Shown here piece by piece: positions 1-10,553 of a DNA stretch of 64,000 bases. This DNA comes from an uncultured Desulfosarcina sp. (GTDB lineage: Bacteria; Desulfobacterota; Desulfobacteria; Desulfobacterales; Desulfosarcinaceae), in contig CAXXWQ010000004.1 in assembly GCA_963674945.2 (NCBI GenBank), positions 1,888,001 to 1,952,000 of the forward strand. The letters are read 5' to 3'. How positions within the stretch are numbered: position 1 is the stretch's first letter; each line of letters opens with the position of its first letter. The notes below the pieces were generated by a model that ran no database searches, had not been told where the DNA came from, and saw nothing but the letters and a program-made list of their open reading frames with translations. The position numbers and the translations under genes were made by a program.

Positions 1-57
1 GATGAGCGAAGCTTCATCAATATCCTCTTGAACGTAGGACGTACAAGGCTCTTTTTT

Positions 58-411
58 TCAACTCTTTACTCCCAGCGGAGCATTCCCTTTCAGATATACC
101 CGAATCAATTCAAACAATTCTTTGTACACAGTGATCTTTCCAACCTCGGGCGCACCGATTGACATGAACACTGCCTGTCGCCCATACAGCCGATCCTCCC
201 GAACCGTCTTGATTTCATCCCACGGTATCAAAAGCTTCCTTTGCCTACCCAACGGTGGACGCACCCAAATGAACAGCCCTCCAACGTCCATGCTCACTGT
301 CACGCATCTTCGATAGCGCACAGCTCCGAGCTTCACGGTCTGCTTGGTTTGAAGACCCCCTCCAGGATCGTGCGTTGCACGATAATATTCAGATAGTTTG
401 TCCATCAGCAA
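58..411 (-). CDS. hypothetical protein
   Basis: 117-aa ORF overlapping the stop of the upstream transglutaminase-like gene; no recognisable motif. Confidence 0.55.
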   Translation of the reverse strand: MLMDKLSEYYRATHDPGGGLQTKQTVKLGAVRYRRCVTVSMDVGGLFIWVRPPLGRQRKLLIPWDEIKTVREDRLYGRQAVFMSIGAPEVGKITVYKELFELIRVYLKGNAPLGVKS

Positions 412-1202
412 AGGGCTCCGGCCATCCGTTCGACGTTGACGTGCATGTTTAGCAGGCCCACTGGATTGCCGAATTGTGTATAGATTGCAACGTCAGCCGC
501 ATCGCGACCGAAAGCGATCGCGATGCGTCCTCCTTGGAGACCGACTTGTGTCGGATCGAATGTGTACCACCGATGTCCAACATAGGCCTCAAACCAAGCG
601 TGAAGATCCATCGGTTCAAGCGTTTCAAGGTAACCCACGACCATTCGCGCCGGTATCGATAACGCACGGCAACATGCGATGCCCAAGTGTGCCATATCCC
701 GGCATACACCACTTCCAAACTCGTTTACCTCGGTTGCGCTTATGATTCGCTGCCCGGCGCCAGGTGTGTACCGCACTGTGTTGCGGATATAATCGACGAT
801 GGCCGCACACTGGTCGTAGCCTGCGGCGCGGCCTGCTACGAGTGATCTGGCCATCTCGGTGAAACGATCTGATTCACAGTATCGGCTTGGATGCAGGAAT
901 GGCAGTGTCTCGTCGGGTAGCTGCTGTACTTCAACAAACGGGGCGTTAGGGTTCGCGTCATATGCATCTGCGGTTTCAATATCAACGGATGAATGAATGG
1001 TAAAATGTCCGGTAGGCGAGACCAGTCGTTGACACAGATTGCCGAACAAATCAGTGAACTCTACCACCGGCACACTCGGTTTCAAAACATACTGCTCGCG
1101 AGCGACCCACTGCTGCCATCCGCTCCGTGGACGAAGCATGAGTAGGAAAGGCGTTGGAACAGGTATCTTAAATTCAAGGAGGCAAGATGCGTGCAGCCAC
1201 AT
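405..1202 (-). CDS. transglutaminase-like family protein
   Basis: GVCRDMAH (catalytic Cys), LHAWFEAY (His), FDPT (Asp) and GRDAADV motifs. Confidence 0.9.
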   Translation of the reverse strand: MWLHASCLLEFKIPVPTPFLLMLRPRSGWQQWVAREQYVLKPSVPVVEFTDLFGNLCQRLVSPTGHFTIHSSVDIETADAYDANPNAPFVEVQQLPDETLPFLHPSRYCESDRFTEMARSLVAGRAAGYDQCAAIVDYIRNTVRYTPGAGQRIISATEVNEFGSGVCRDMAHLGIACCRALSIPARMVVGYLETLEPMDLHAWFEAYVGHRWYTFDPTQVGLQGGRIAIAFGRDAADVAIYTQFGNPVGLLNMHVNVERMAGALC

Positions 1203-1254
1203 AATGAACCTTCATTCTTAGAAGTACAGTCATAGAAAACGTTTGCAGTCCCAA

Positions 1255-1463
1255 CTATTCATCGGCAAACGGGCCGCTTTTATTTTTTTCGTAACCAAGT
1301 GTGTAATGATTGCTGAATAACTCAAAAAAAGGCATCAGTAGTATCGATAAAATCCCTCCACCTTTGCCCCTCCCCCTCCGCCAGCCCGAGCAATGGCATT
1401 ATCTGGCAGCACAGCACAGAAAATAACAATTGAAATAACGAATAAGAAACTGATATTATTCAT
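1255..1463 (-). pseudogene. frameshifted N-terminal remnant of a secreted/membrane protein (Tim44-like-domain protein type start)
   Basis: GGAG RBS, ATG at 1463, signal peptide ending AIA-RAGGGGG; continues across two frameshifts as GKGGGILSILLMPFF / FLSYSAIITHLVTKKNK before a stop; family assignment from memory only. Confidence 0.4.
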
Positions 1464-1517
1464 TTTGATACTCCATTTTTTGCCTAACGGTCTAACTGGA
1501 AACGAATCATATAGATG

Positions 1518-2432
1518 TCAGCTTGAAATATATGGGTTGTCCGGTAGTTGAATAATCTCATAACCTTCATTCGCCAGTTTCTGGAGCAATTCTTTGGACG
1601 GCCTTTTTTTAAAAGTAATTGACGCAAGAATACCGTAATTGGAAAGCCCTAACTTTGATAAAACATCGGCAATGCAGATCAATGTCTTTACCTTCTTTTG
1701 CACAGGGCCTTTATCTGACATCTTTTCATACTCAACCCCTGGGAAGTAGGAATCATTAAGCTCTTTAAAAGCTACGGTCTTATAATTTAGCCCTAACGCC
1801 ACCTTCTCCATTTCTCTCTTGGAAATACTATACACATAGTTGCCCGATTCTTCAAATGGATGTTTGTTGGTTTTCCTTCCAAGAAAATATTTAACCATAT
1901 TTTTAATCTTTTTAAAAAGAATGATAGAATATCTGTGAATGATATAGCCGTCATTCGGCTCAATGAGTATGACGCCACTTCTTGCTACACGCAACATTTC
2001 GTAGAATGCGATCATAGGTCTTGGAAAATGATGATAAGATTCTTTGCATAAAATATAATCGAATGCTTCGTCCTCAAAAGATAGAGATTCCGCATTTTCT
2101 ACTTTGTATTTGTCGATATATCCGATAGCTTTTGCTTCCTTAAGCAAACACTCAGATATGTCAGTTGCAAGAGCATCACATCCTTTTTCCGTGATATATT
2201 TTGAATCTTTTCCATATCTACCATCTCCCACAGTAAGCCACGTTGCATGTGGTTCGGCAGATAATATAGGATCAAGAACTTGATACATTCGCCGGTGACG
2301 CCATGCATCAACAGTATCTTCCGCAAACCACATTTTGGCGTGCAACGCTTTTTCGCCGTTCTCAGCGTATTCTTTAAAATGTTCCGCGTGTTGCTGGTAG
2401 CTTATCTCTTGAAAAGTTCTCATGGTGTTCAT
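1518..2432 (-). CDS. class I SAM-dependent methyltransferase
   Basis: WLTVGDGRYG motif I, ENAESLSFEDEAFDYILCKESYHH, EMLRVAR; start moved to ATG 2432 behind a GAGGAG RBS; AT-rich. Confidence 0.85.
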   Translation of the reverse strand: MNTMRTFQEISYQQHAEHFKEYAENGEKALHAKMWFAEDTVDAWRHRRMYQVLDPILSAEPHATWLTVGDGRYGKDSKYITEKGCDALATDISECLLKEAKAIGYIDKYKVENAESLSFEDEAFDYILCKESYHHFPRPMIAFYEMLRVARSGVILIEPNDGYIIHRYSIILFKKIKNMVKYFLGRKTNKHPFEESGNYVYSISKREMEKVALGLNYKTVAFKELNDSYFPGVEYEKMSDKGPVQKKVKTLICIADVLSKLGLSNYGILASITFKKRPSKELLQKLANEGYEIIQLPDNPYISS

Positions 2433-3020
2433 AAGAATTATCTCCTCGAATTGTGAAGGGTTACAATTATCAGCATCACTGATGCACAATAACAAGAATA
2501 TTGGCGACAACGTTTCAAAAACGCGAACCACCCCCATATTTGCCAAAGAGCTTAGCAACACATGGAACTTGGCAGGTACGATGAAAATATCTTCGTTTTG
2601 GCTGACAACTTGGCTTAATGTCTTACATGATATGCGCGAAAGTGCCTGTTGCATCTGCGTGTAGCATCCAACATAAATCTCCGCATTTCCTGATCTCTGC
2701 AACGCCGCGATAGAACATTTCGGCACTTCTATTAGACTCTATAGTCAAAACTCTTAAGAAAGAAAAGTAGTTTTGTATGAAAAACGGACGAAAATTATTG
2801 GACAAGGCAAGACAGGAGAGATTTTTTCATACAGTCACGTTCTGAAGCCGGACGTGGGCGAGGGAATCAATGCAGTGGAAAGAGCGCCTCTGCCATATCG
2901 AATCACATGGATTTCACTTCGCTTCATTCCTCCTATTTGACCGAAATAAAATTGCCTATGTACAAACATGCCAAATGTTCGCTATGGTACATTTTTTCAA
3001 ATCTCTACGAAATAAATTGA

Positions 3021-4019
3021 ATGGAAGCGCGAATGGATGCTCAAATCGCCGAAATCATCGACAAAGCCACGGACCTGACTCCCATCGACCGGGAAGAGGC
3101 ATTGGCACTGATGCAGGAACCTCTTCACTCGAAGGCGTGCTATATGATCATGGAGGCCGCCAACAGAATGTCCCGATCCCAATTCGGCAACAAGGGTGAA
3201 AATCATTATCATATCGGTCTCAATGTCGAACCCTGCCCCATGGATTGCCTCTTTTGCAGCCTCACCCGAAAGGCGGGAATTTTTAAGGAAAAAATCGATT
3301 TTTCCATGGATCAAATTCTGTCCTGGGCCAGGCAGGCCGAACAGGAAGGCGCAGACGCCCTGAACCTGATGACCACCGGCACCTATCCCTTCGATAAATT
3401 GCTCGAAGTGGGGAGAATGTTAAAAAAACAGATCAATGTTCCCCTGGTGGCCAACACGAGAGATATCAACCACAAAGAGGGCGAAGCCTTGATGGAAGCC
3501 GGCTTCGTGGGGGCCTACCATGCCATCCGGTTGGGAGAGGGTCGCGATACCCCCTTAAAACCGGAAAAACGCCTGAACACCATACGGGTCCTTTCGGATG
3601 TTGGCCTTTTGTGGATGAACTGCGTGGAGCCGGTGGGTCCCGAACACGCGGCCGAAGAGATCGTGGATCTCATGTTATTGGCACGGGACTATGGCGCGGT
3701 CTATAGCGGTGTCATGCGCCGGATCAACTTTCCGGGTTCCCCCATGGCGCGATTCGGTATGATCAGCGAACTGGAGATGGCCCGACTGGTGGCCATCAGT
3801 CGGTTGGTGATGGGGGATGTACCGAAGGCCCACTGCACCCACGAACCCCATGCGGCATCCCTCATGGCCGGAGCCAATCTCTTCTTTCCCGAGGTGGGAT
3901 CGAGCCCCCGTGACGGCTGTCCCGACACCGGCAAGGGAAGAGGCAAGGATGTACAGCGGTGTCAGGACATTCATCGGGAGATGATGTGGGATCCGGCATT
4001 GCCTTCGAATGTCTTTTAA
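3021..4019 (+). CDS. radical SAM protein, BioB/HydE-like TIM barrel, function unknown
   Basis: CPMDCLFC (CxxxCxxC); C-terminal CTHEP..LMAGANLFFPE; lacks the BioB YNHNLD motif; start may be ATG 3033. Confidence 0.85.
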   Translation: MEARMDAQIAEIIDKATDLTPIDREEALALMQEPLHSKACYMIMEAANRMSRSQFGNKGENHYHIGLNVEPCPMDCLFCSLTRKAGIFKEKIDFSMDQILSWARQAEQEGADALNLMTTGTYPFDKLLEVGRMLKKQINVPLVANTRDINHKEGEALMEAGFVGAYHAIRLGEGRDTPLKPEKRLNTIRVLSDVGLLWMNCVEPVGPEHAAEEIVDLMLLARDYGAVYSGVMRRINFPGSPMARFGMISELEMARLVAISRLVMGDVPKAHCTHEPHAASLMAGANLFFPEVGSSPRDGCPDTGKGRGKDVQRCQDIHREMMWDPALPSNVF

Positions 4020-4073
4020 AATGCGCTTTATACTTATATTGATAAACGACTTCTTTTTTAAAAGGGAAAAATC

Positions 4074-5027
4074 ATGTCTTGGAAAGGAAAATGTCTCGGC
4101 CTGGTAATCCTGTTAGCGCTCTTTCTTGCTCCCGATTTGTCATGGTCTGATGACGCGGTTCGCATCGGCACGTGGAAGACACCCCAGACCATCCAGCCTT
4201 TTTTCTACCAAGAGTACCTGCCCGATACGATGAAGGCACGGATACTTCCCTTTACCAATCCGGCGGATCAGAAGACGGCACTTCTGGCAAAGAGCCTGGA
4301 CATGTGCGGCACCACATTGGCCCATGCCATTTACAGCGCCTCCGTCGGCCAACCAATCGTCATCGTTGCGGCGCTGTGCAACCGATGTTCGGCGCTGGTG
4401 GTAAAAAACGACGGCCCCATACGATCGGAAAAAGAGCTGGTCGGCAAAACCATCGGCTATGTGCCGGGCACCATGCACGAGATTCTCCTCCGGGAGACGC
4501 TGACCAGAAATGGCATTTCGCCGGCAAAGGGGGTGAAGCTCATGCGGGTCGACTTTTTCGACATGGGAACCGCCCTGGCCAGTGGCGTCATCGATGCATT
4601 TTTGTCCGGCGAACCGTTTCCCTCATTGGCGGTACACCAGGGATACGGACGCATTCTTTCCTATCCCTACTACGACGAATCCATCGGCACCATCAACGCC
4701 GGCATGCTGGTTCGGCGTGAAAGCATCGAAGGGTCCCCCGACAAAGTTTTCGAACTGGTCCTGGCCCACGCCCGTGCCACCCGATATTTGAGAAGCGATC
4801 GGAAGGCGTGGCTGGATCGGGCCCAAGGATTCGGCACGCCAAGGGATGTTCTGGAACGTGCGGCTTCCAACATGGAACTGGCCTGGGAAATGGATGCCGC
4901 CTTCGTGAAAAGAGCCAAAGCCCTGGGCGATCGCATGCAGGCACTGAACATGATCCAGCGGCAACCGAACTATGACCGGCTGTTTGATCTCTCCTTCGTA
5001 AAACGGGCAAGGGAAACAATTCGGTGA
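4074..5027 (+). CDS. ABC transporter substrate-binding protein (SsuA/TauA/NrtA type)
   Basis: Signal peptide; LVGKTIGYVPGTMHEILLR and ALASGVIDAF..EPF motifs. Confidence 0.88.
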   Translation: MSWKGKCLGLVILLALFLAPDLSWSDDAVRIGTWKTPQTIQPFFYQEYLPDTMKARILPFTNPADQKTALLAKSLDMCGTTLAHAIYSASVGQPIVIVAALCNRCSALVVKNDGPIRSEKELVGKTIGYVPGTMHEILLRETLTRNGISPAKGVKLMRVDFFDMGTALASGVIDAFLSGEPFPSLAVHQGYGRILSYPYYDESIGTINAGMLVRRESIEGSPDKVFELVLAHARATRYLRSDRKAWLDRAQGFGTPRDVLERAASNMELAWEMDAAFVKRAKALGDRMQALNMIQRQPNYDRLFDLSFVKRARETIR

Positions 5028-5827
5028 CCGGGCGACACACACCATCGAAAGGACGCAACCATCTGCTGCCCTGGCTTTTGCCGGCCATTTTTCTGCTGCT
5101 CTGGTTCGGACTCAGCGAGACCGGCATCGTTCCCACCTACCTGCTCCCCTCTCCCCAGGGTGTTCTGGCCGCCGCAAAGGTCTACCTTTTCGATTTCTCC
5201 GGTAACGGTGCTTACGGGGGACGCTTCTTTTCCGACCTGATCGCCAGCACCACACGGGTGATGGGAGGATTCGGTCTGGCCGTGGCTGCAGGGCTACCGC
5301 TGGGCATCGTTTCGGGAAGGCTCGCCACTGTCAACCGGATGCTGAGCACGACCATCAATGGCTTGCGCGCCGTTCCCGGTATCAGTTGGCTGCCCCTGGC
5401 CATGGTCTGGTTTGGCGTCGGCTTGAAAACCACGATCTTTCTCGTGGCCCTGGCCGCCTTTTTCCCCATCTATCTCAACGCCGAAGCCGGCGCGCGTCAG
5501 GTCAATCCCTTGCTGCTGCAGGCCGGCGCCATGATGGGCGTGCGTCGGTTGCGCGGCACCTTTGCTATTCTGTTGCCCGCAGCCATGCCGCAGATCATCA
5601 CCGGCCTGCGGCTGGGCATGGGCATCTCCTGGGCCTATCTGGTACTGGGCGAACTGACCGGTGTGCCTGACGGCCTGGGAGCGCTAATCATGGATGCCCG
5701 CATGCTCGGCCGCATCGATATCATCGTCGTCGGGATCTTCGCCATCGCCGTGATCGGACGGCTGTTTGATATCGGCCTGCACCAATTGCTGCGGCTCTGC
5801 CTCAAGAGTGCCAGGAGGCTGGGATGA
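5024..5827 (+). CDS. ABC transporter permease (SsuC/TauC type)
   Basis: Multiple TM segments; EAA-like loop LLQAGAMMG; ILLPAAMPQIITGLRLGMG. Confidence 0.9.
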   Translation: MTGRHTPSKGRNHLLPWLLPAIFLLLWFGLSETGIVPTYLLPSPQGVLAAAKVYLFDFSGNGAYGGRFFSDLIASTTRVMGGFGLAVAAGLPLGIVSGRLATVNRMLSTTINGLRAVPGISWLPLAMVWFGVGLKTTIFLVALAAFFPIYLNAEAGARQVNPLLLQAGAMMGVRRLRGTFAILLPAAMPQIITGLRLGMGISWAYLVLGELTGVPDGLGALIMDARMLGRIDIIVVGIFAIAVIGRLFDIGLHQLLRLCLKSARRLG

Positions 5828-6627
5828 CCGATCAACGCACCGAAAACCACACAAGCGCATCGGATGCACCGGTAATTCTTGAAATCGACGATGTTAGCCA
5901 CCGGTTTCGTACCAATGATGCCGGCCCCATCGAGGTCTTGCGGAACGTCCGGTTTTCGGCGCAACGCGGTGAAATGATCTGTATCCTTGGACGGAGCGGA
6001 TGCGGCAAGACCACACTTCTCAAGCTGATCGCCGGATTTATCTCGCCCACCCGCGGCATGGTTGTGCTCAACGGACGGCGTGTCCGTCACCCGGGTCCGG
6101 ATCGCTGTATCGTATTCCAGGAGGACGCCCTGTATCCCTGGCTCACGGTCAGGGAGAACATCGGTTTTGGCCTGCAGGGTCGAGAAATGGATCGAAAGAC
6201 GATCCGTGGGGAGGTGGATCGGTTTCTCTCTCTCGTCGGGTTGCAGGATTTTGGCAATTATCTGCCCCAGGAGATTTCCGGCGGCATGAAGCAGCGGGTC
6301 GCTCTTGCCAGGGTCCTCATCCTCCAGCCGGAAGTGCTGCTCATGGACGAGCCCTTCGGGGCGCTGGACGCCCAGACGCGCGTGGAAATGCAAAACCTTT
6401 TGCTATCCCTCTGGAAAAAGCTGTCCCATACGGTCGTCTTCGTGACCCACGACGTAAACGAAGCGGTGCTGCTGGCAGACCGGATCATCCTCATGGACGA
6501 TAATCCCGGGCGTGTGCGGGAAGAGGTCCCCATCGACCTGCCACGACCGAGGGAAAAACAGGCGAACCGTTTCTATGATCACTGCCGATGGTTACTGGAC
6601 AAAATCAGTGAAAACGACGATCGCTGA
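5824..6627 (+). CDS. ABC transporter ATP-binding protein (SsuB/TauB type)
   Basis: Walker A GRSGCGKT, signature ISGGMKQR, Walker B LLMDEPFGALD. Confidence 0.93.
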   Translation: MTDQRTENHTSASDAPVILEIDDVSHRFRTNDAGPIEVLRNVRFSAQRGEMICILGRSGCGKTTLLKLIAGFISPTRGMVVLNGRRVRHPGPDRCIVFQEDALYPWLTVRENIGFGLQGREMDRKTIRGEVDRFLSLVGLQDFGNYLPQEISGGMKQRVALARVLILQPEVLLMDEPFGALDAQTRVEMQNLLLSLWKKLSHTVVFVTHDVNEAVLLADRIILMDDNPGRVREEVPIDLPRPREKQANRFYDHCRWLLDKISENDDR

Positions 6628-6635
6628 GACCACAA

Positions 6636-6732
6636 GAGCCAGAATGAATTTAATGTCGCTTCGATCCAGCAATTGGATGAGATGGATCGAGCCGAAGGCG
6701 AATACCTGATTCTGGATTCTGTCTCCTGGAAT
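6636..6732 (+). repeat. MITE/REP-like palindromic repeat, copy 1 (5'-truncated)
   Basis: 6682-6721 is identical over 40 bp to 7865-7904; also similar to the reverse complement of 47553-47690. Confidence 0.85.
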
Positions 6733-6786
6733 CCTGTACCAATCCCCCACCAACAATCATTATTTCTGTTGTATGCGCCAAGCGGG

Positions 6787-6832
6787 TTGACATCGGCCGG
6801 CTCGTCCTATATATTCCTACGAAACGATATAG
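6787..6832 (+). promoter_or_regulatory. sigma70 promoter of arsR with overlapping putative ArsR operator
   Basis: TTGACA (6787-6792), 17-nt spacer, TATATT (6810-6815); imperfect dyad TATATTC..GATATA immediately before the arsR start. Confidence 0.65.
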
Positions 6833-6840
6833 AGGGTACT

Positions 6841-7188
6841 ATGAAAACATTCATCAAGGTAATGAAGGCCCTTTCCGACCCCACTCGGATTAAAATTCTG
6901 AAAATCCTGGAAAAACGATTCATGTGCGTGTGCGAGCTGCAGACAGCCATCGGCGCAGCCCAGTCGACGACGAGCAAACATCTGAAAATTCTGGAAGATG
7001 CGGGCTTGGTCGATTCCCACAAAGACGGTCTATGGGTCAACTACACCATCGCCGACGGGCGGCAGAGTCCCTATGCGGCATCCATCTTAGGAAATCTTCG
7101 CCATTGGCTGAACGATGATCCGGAGATCTCTTCGATCCTGTCCGACATTCATGGAATCGATCGATTTGCCATTTTGAACAAAAACTAA
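6841..7188 (+). CDS. arsR: ArsR/SmtB family metalloregulator
   Basis: KALSDPTRIKIL, MCVCEL metal box, SKHLKIL..AGLV; first gene of the ars cluster; ATG 6841 after GAGGG. Confidence 0.9.
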   Translation: MKTFIKVMKALSDPTRIKILKILEKRFMCVCELQTAIGAAQSTTSKHLKILEDAGLVDSHKDGLWVNYTIADGRQSPYAASILGNLRHWLNDDPEISSILSDIHGIDRFAILNKN

Positions 7189-7299
7189 TTGTTTTACCGC
7201 CAATATATGAGTATATCACGATACAATGAAATAATGACAACTACTGATTATGAACTCCAGTTGTGTAGTATTCACCGTTAGAAGAGAGTGTTGAGAAAA

Positions 7300-7779
7300 A
7301 TGCAAAAGAAAACGAGAATTCTTTTTTTGTGCACCGGAAACTCATGCCGCAGCCAGATGGCCGAGGGATGGGCGAACCATCTGAAGCGTGATGTGATCGA
7401 AGCGCGGTCGGCGGGCATCGAAACCCATGGACTCAATCCTCTGGCGGTCAAGGCCATGGCCGAGAAAGGCGTTGACATCTCCCATCACCAATCCAAGCTG
7501 GCCAAGGATTTTCTTGACGAACCGTGGGATTTCGTGGTGACGCTCTGCGGCCACGCCCGCGAGACCTGCCCCTACTTCCCGGGGCCGGTACGAATCGTTC
7601 ATATGGGTTTCGACGATCCGCCGACATTGGCCAAGGACGCACCCGACGAGGCGGCGGCCATGGTCCACTATCGCCGTATACGCGACGAGATTCGCACCTT
7701 CGTGCAATCCCTTCCCGAGGCCTTGGACAACCCGAGTAAAAATCCGGTTTCAGAGGACCCGGCTTCGGGCTCCCTATAA
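7300..7779 (+). CDS. arsC: arsenate reductase, thioredoxin-coupled (LMW-PTP fold)
   Basis: LFLCTGNSCRSQMAEG P-loop, TLCGHARETCP resolving cysteines, FDDP. Confidence 0.93.
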   Translation: MQKKTRILFLCTGNSCRSQMAEGWANHLKRDVIEARSAGIETHGLNPLAVKAMAEKGVDISHHQSKLAKDFLDEPWDFVVTLCGHARETCPYFPGPVRIVHMGFDDPPTLAKDAPDEAAAMVHYRRIRDEIRTFVQSLPEALDNPSKNPVSEDPASGSL

Positions 7780-7922
7780 GGGGATGCATTACGAGCGTAT
7801 GGTATCGCAGGAGCCAGGAGTCAGAATGAATCCGATGTCGCTTTGCCCCATCGAGTTGGAAAATATGGATCGAGCCGAAGGCGAATACCTGATTCTGGAT
7901 TCTGAATTCTGACTCCTGGATT
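7773..7922 (+). repeat. MITE/REP-like palindromic repeat, copy 2
   Basis: 14-bp inverted repeat CCAGGAGTCAGAAT (7814-7827) / ATTCTGACTCCTGG (7906-7919); 7-bp periodic GATTCTG units; starts CCTATAAGGGG like copy 3. Confidence 0.85.
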
Positions 7923-8011
7923 CTTTTAAGAAGCATACGGCAGGGCCGATGAACACTGACCTGGTCGATAGAGCCAGTTTTCTAAACGCCTTTATAAGGA
8001 GTGCCCACCTT

Positions 8012-9205
8012 ATGACTGACAGCTCCCCCCAAACCAATGAACGGAAGATGACCAGTATCTTTGAGCGCTACCTCACCGTCTGGGTGCTATTGTGCATCCT
8101 CGGCGGCATCCTGCTGGGAAAGATCGCTCCCGGCGTTGCCCGGGCGCTGGATGGCATGGCCATCTTCGTGAACGGCGCACCGGTGGTCTCCATCCCCATC
8201 GCCATCTGTCTTTTCTTCATGATGTACCCCATCATGGTCAAGATCGATTTCGGTGAGGTGATCAAGGCGGGCAAAAGCGGAAAACCGGTATTTCTCACCC
8301 TTTTCATCAACTGGGCCGTCAAGCCCTTTACCATGTACGCCATCGCACTGTTTTTCCTGGGCACCCTGTTTCATGGTTTCATCGGGCCGGAAGCGATGGA
8401 CCATGTGAAGATGCCCTTCGGCCTGGATCTTCCCGTGGGCGCCGCCCACGGTGCCGGAACCGTGGTATTGGTGGACGGCATCAAGATGCTGGAAGTCCCC
8501 TTGTGGCGAAGTTATCTTGCCGGATGCATCTTGCTTGGCATCGCCCCGTGCACGGCCATGGTGCTGGTGTGGGGATACCTCTCCCGGGGAAACGACGGGC
8601 TAACGCTGGTCATGGTCGCCATCAACTCCCTTACCATGCTTTTGCTCTACGGCGTCCTGGGCGGATTCCTGCTGGGTGTGGGACGCCTTCCGGTACCCTG
8701 GCAGGCACTTTTGCTCTCCATCGGTATTTACGTGGCACTTCCCCTCGTGGCAGGATATTTTTCCCGGCGCTGGATCATCGGTGCCAAGGGTGAGATTTGG
8801 TTCAAAGAGAAGTTCCTGCACGTGCTCACCCCCATCACCATCATCGCCCTGCTTGCCACGCTCGTCCTTCTCTTCTCCTTCAAAGGAGAAGTCATCCTCG
8901 GCAATCCGCTCACAATCTTGTGGATCGCCGTTCCCCTTTTCATCCAGACGGTGTTGATCTTTGCCATGGGATACGGATTGGCAAAACTGATGAAACTTCG
9001 CTATGAGGATGCCGCACCGTCCGCCATGATCGGCGCATCCAACCACTTCGAGGTGGCCATTGCCACATCGACCATGCTCTTCGGCCTCTCCTCCGGAGCC
9101 GCCCTGGCAACGGTGGTGGGCGTTCTCATCGAGGTCCCGGTGATGCTCATGCTGGTCAAGATCTGCCTCAATACCCGGTCATGGTTCCAACATGACGACA
9201 AATGA
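8012..9205 (+). CDS. acr3: Acr3 family arsenite efflux transporter
   Basis: [54 protein letters not shown]. Confidence 0.95.
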   Translation: MTDSSPQTNERKMTSIFERYLTVWVLLCILGGILLGKIAPGVARALDGMAIFVNGAPVVSIPIAICLFFMMYPIMVKIDFGEVIKAGKSGKPVFLTLFINWAVKPFTMYAIALFFLGTLFHGFIGPEAMDHVKMPFGLDLPVGAAHGAGTVVLVDGIKMLEVPLWRSYLAGCILLGIAPCTAMVLVWGYLSRGNDGLTLVMVAINSLTMLLLYGVLGGFLLGVGRLPVPWQALLLSIGIYVALPLVAGYFSRRWIIGAKGEIWFKEKFLHVLTPITIIALLATLVLLFSFKGEVILGNPLTILWIAVPLFIQTVLIFAMGYGLAKLMKLRYEDAAPSAMIGASNHFEVAIATSTMLFGLSSGAALATVVGVLIEVPVMLMLVKICLNTRSWFQHDDK

Positions 9206-10553
9206 GAAGGATGCCGGGACCATTTGCCGCCAGGTCATCCAAGAATGCGCAGACTGTGACACATGCAGGTTCCTCATGGATGAGGATTGCCTGTTCTTTC
9301 CGGAACTTTACCGTATCGTAGACACGAAGGAGAATACCGGCAGGATCCCCGACGAACGGACGTTGAGAAACCTGGTGGACCTTTGCACGCTTTGCGGCCT
9401 GTGTCCATGCTCGAGCATTCGTACACAAATCACAAAGGCAAAGGCGGCATTTGCCCGAAGCAGGGGAGTACCGTTGCGAAGCCGCGTTCTGGCTGACCTT
9501 CAATGGATCGGACGTGCCTGCAGCTTGCTTCCGAAGTTCGCAAATTCGGCCGCGTCCAGCAAACCCGTTCAAGTGGCCATCAAAAAGCTGATGGGCATCC
9601 ATCCGAAACGGGAGATGCCATTAATCCCCCATCAAAGCTTCTTCGCCTGGGCGAAAAACCGCGGCTTGTGTACGCCTCGCGACAATGGTCACGGTGTCGC
9701 CTATTTTTGCGGATGCACGGCCGGCTATCTGTTTCCCGAGGTGGCCCGGGCGGCGGTAAAGGTTCTGGAGAGAAATGGGAACCAAGTATACGTTCCTCCC
9801 CAAGCGTGTTGCGGCATGCCCACCCTGGTGGAAGGCATTGCGGCAACGACCCGTAAAAGGACCCGAAGCAACCTCCATTCGCTGCTGGAGGCCTCGGATA
9901 TGGGATATCAACTCGTCGGATCGTGTCCTACCTGCGGATACTTGATCAAAGTGTTACTGCGGGGAGGGGCTCATCTTTCCCAATCCTACCAACGATCGGT
10001 GGGGGCTGGTGACGACGAGATCAAGATACCCCATGAAAGCGGCGAAGGATTCACCTCCCTGAAAAAATCATTGTACGGCACCATAATGAAAGACGGCGGA
10101 CCCTTCAGCACACTATCGCCCATGGATCGCATTGCCCTCGCCGATAGATTTCAGGATATCGGTGAATATCTATCCACCCTTCTCTATGCCGGACGTCTGG
10201 ACACCCGCTTTCACCCCATCCATGAGAAGATGGCGTACTTCGCCCCCTGCCACCAGCGGGAACAGAAAATTGGAACACCGTACATGGATCTGCTTTCGAA
10301 GATTCCCGGCCTCACCCTCCAGATAGTAGGCGGCGCAATGGATTGTTGCGGCATGGGAGGCGCCTTGGGATTTAAAAAAGATTTTTATGGCGACTCCGTG
10401 TCCATCGGCAGCCCCATCGCTGCCAAAATCCAGGCGTTGACCCCGGAAGCGGTGGTAACGGACTGCTTGAGCTGCCGGCTGCAATTTCAACATCTGCTGG
10501 CCTGCCCGGTGTACCATCCCCTGGAAATCCTTATGCGAGCATATGTCCCATAG
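9192..10553 (+). CDS. GlpC/HdrD-like Fe-S oxidoreductase with CCG domains
   Basis: CADCDTC and CTLCGLCPC clusters; YFCGC..CCG..SCPTC and APCH..CCG..DCLSC CCG repeats. Confidence 0.88.
   Translation: MTTNEKDAGTICRQVIQECADCDTCRFLMDEDCLFFPELYRIVDTKENTGRIPDERTLRNLVDLCTLCGLCPCSSIRTQITKAKAAFARSRGVPLRSRVLADLQWIGRACSLLPKFANSAASSKPVQVAIKKLMGIHPKREMPLIPHQSFFAWAKNRGLCTPRDNGHGVAYFCGCTAGYLFPEVARAAVKVLERNGNQVYVPPQACCGMPTLVEGIAATTRKRTRSNLHSLLEASDMGYQLVGSCPTCGYLIKVLLRGGAHLSQSYQRSVGAGDDEIKIPHESGEGFTSLKKSLYGTIMKDGGPFSTLSPMDRIALADRFQDIGEYLSTLLYAGRLDTRFHPIHEKMAYFAPCHQREQKIGTPYMDLLSKIPGLTLQIVGGAMDCCGMGGALGFKKDFYGDSVSIGSPIAAKIQALTPEAVVTDCLSCRLQFQHLLACPVYHPLEILMRAYVP

Noticed and set aside
1264..1290. GGCAAAC..GGGCCGC resembling a c-di-GMP-I riboswitch
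   Set aside because: The intervening stem with GAAA loop and the second stem are absent
2433..2726. N-terminal extension of the methyltransferase
   Set aside because: There is a strong RBS before ATG 2432 and the extension is not protein-like
3021..4019. Calling the radical SAM gene bioB
   Set aside because: It lacks the YNHNLD motif and there is no biotin gene context
6673..6840. N-terminal extension of ArsR in the ORF track
   Set aside because: It translates repeat copy 1 and the promoter; the real start is 6841
9192..10553. Selenocysteine recoding in the Fe-S/CCG protein or ArsC
   Set aside because: Both ORFs are complete with Cys codons and no in-frame TGA
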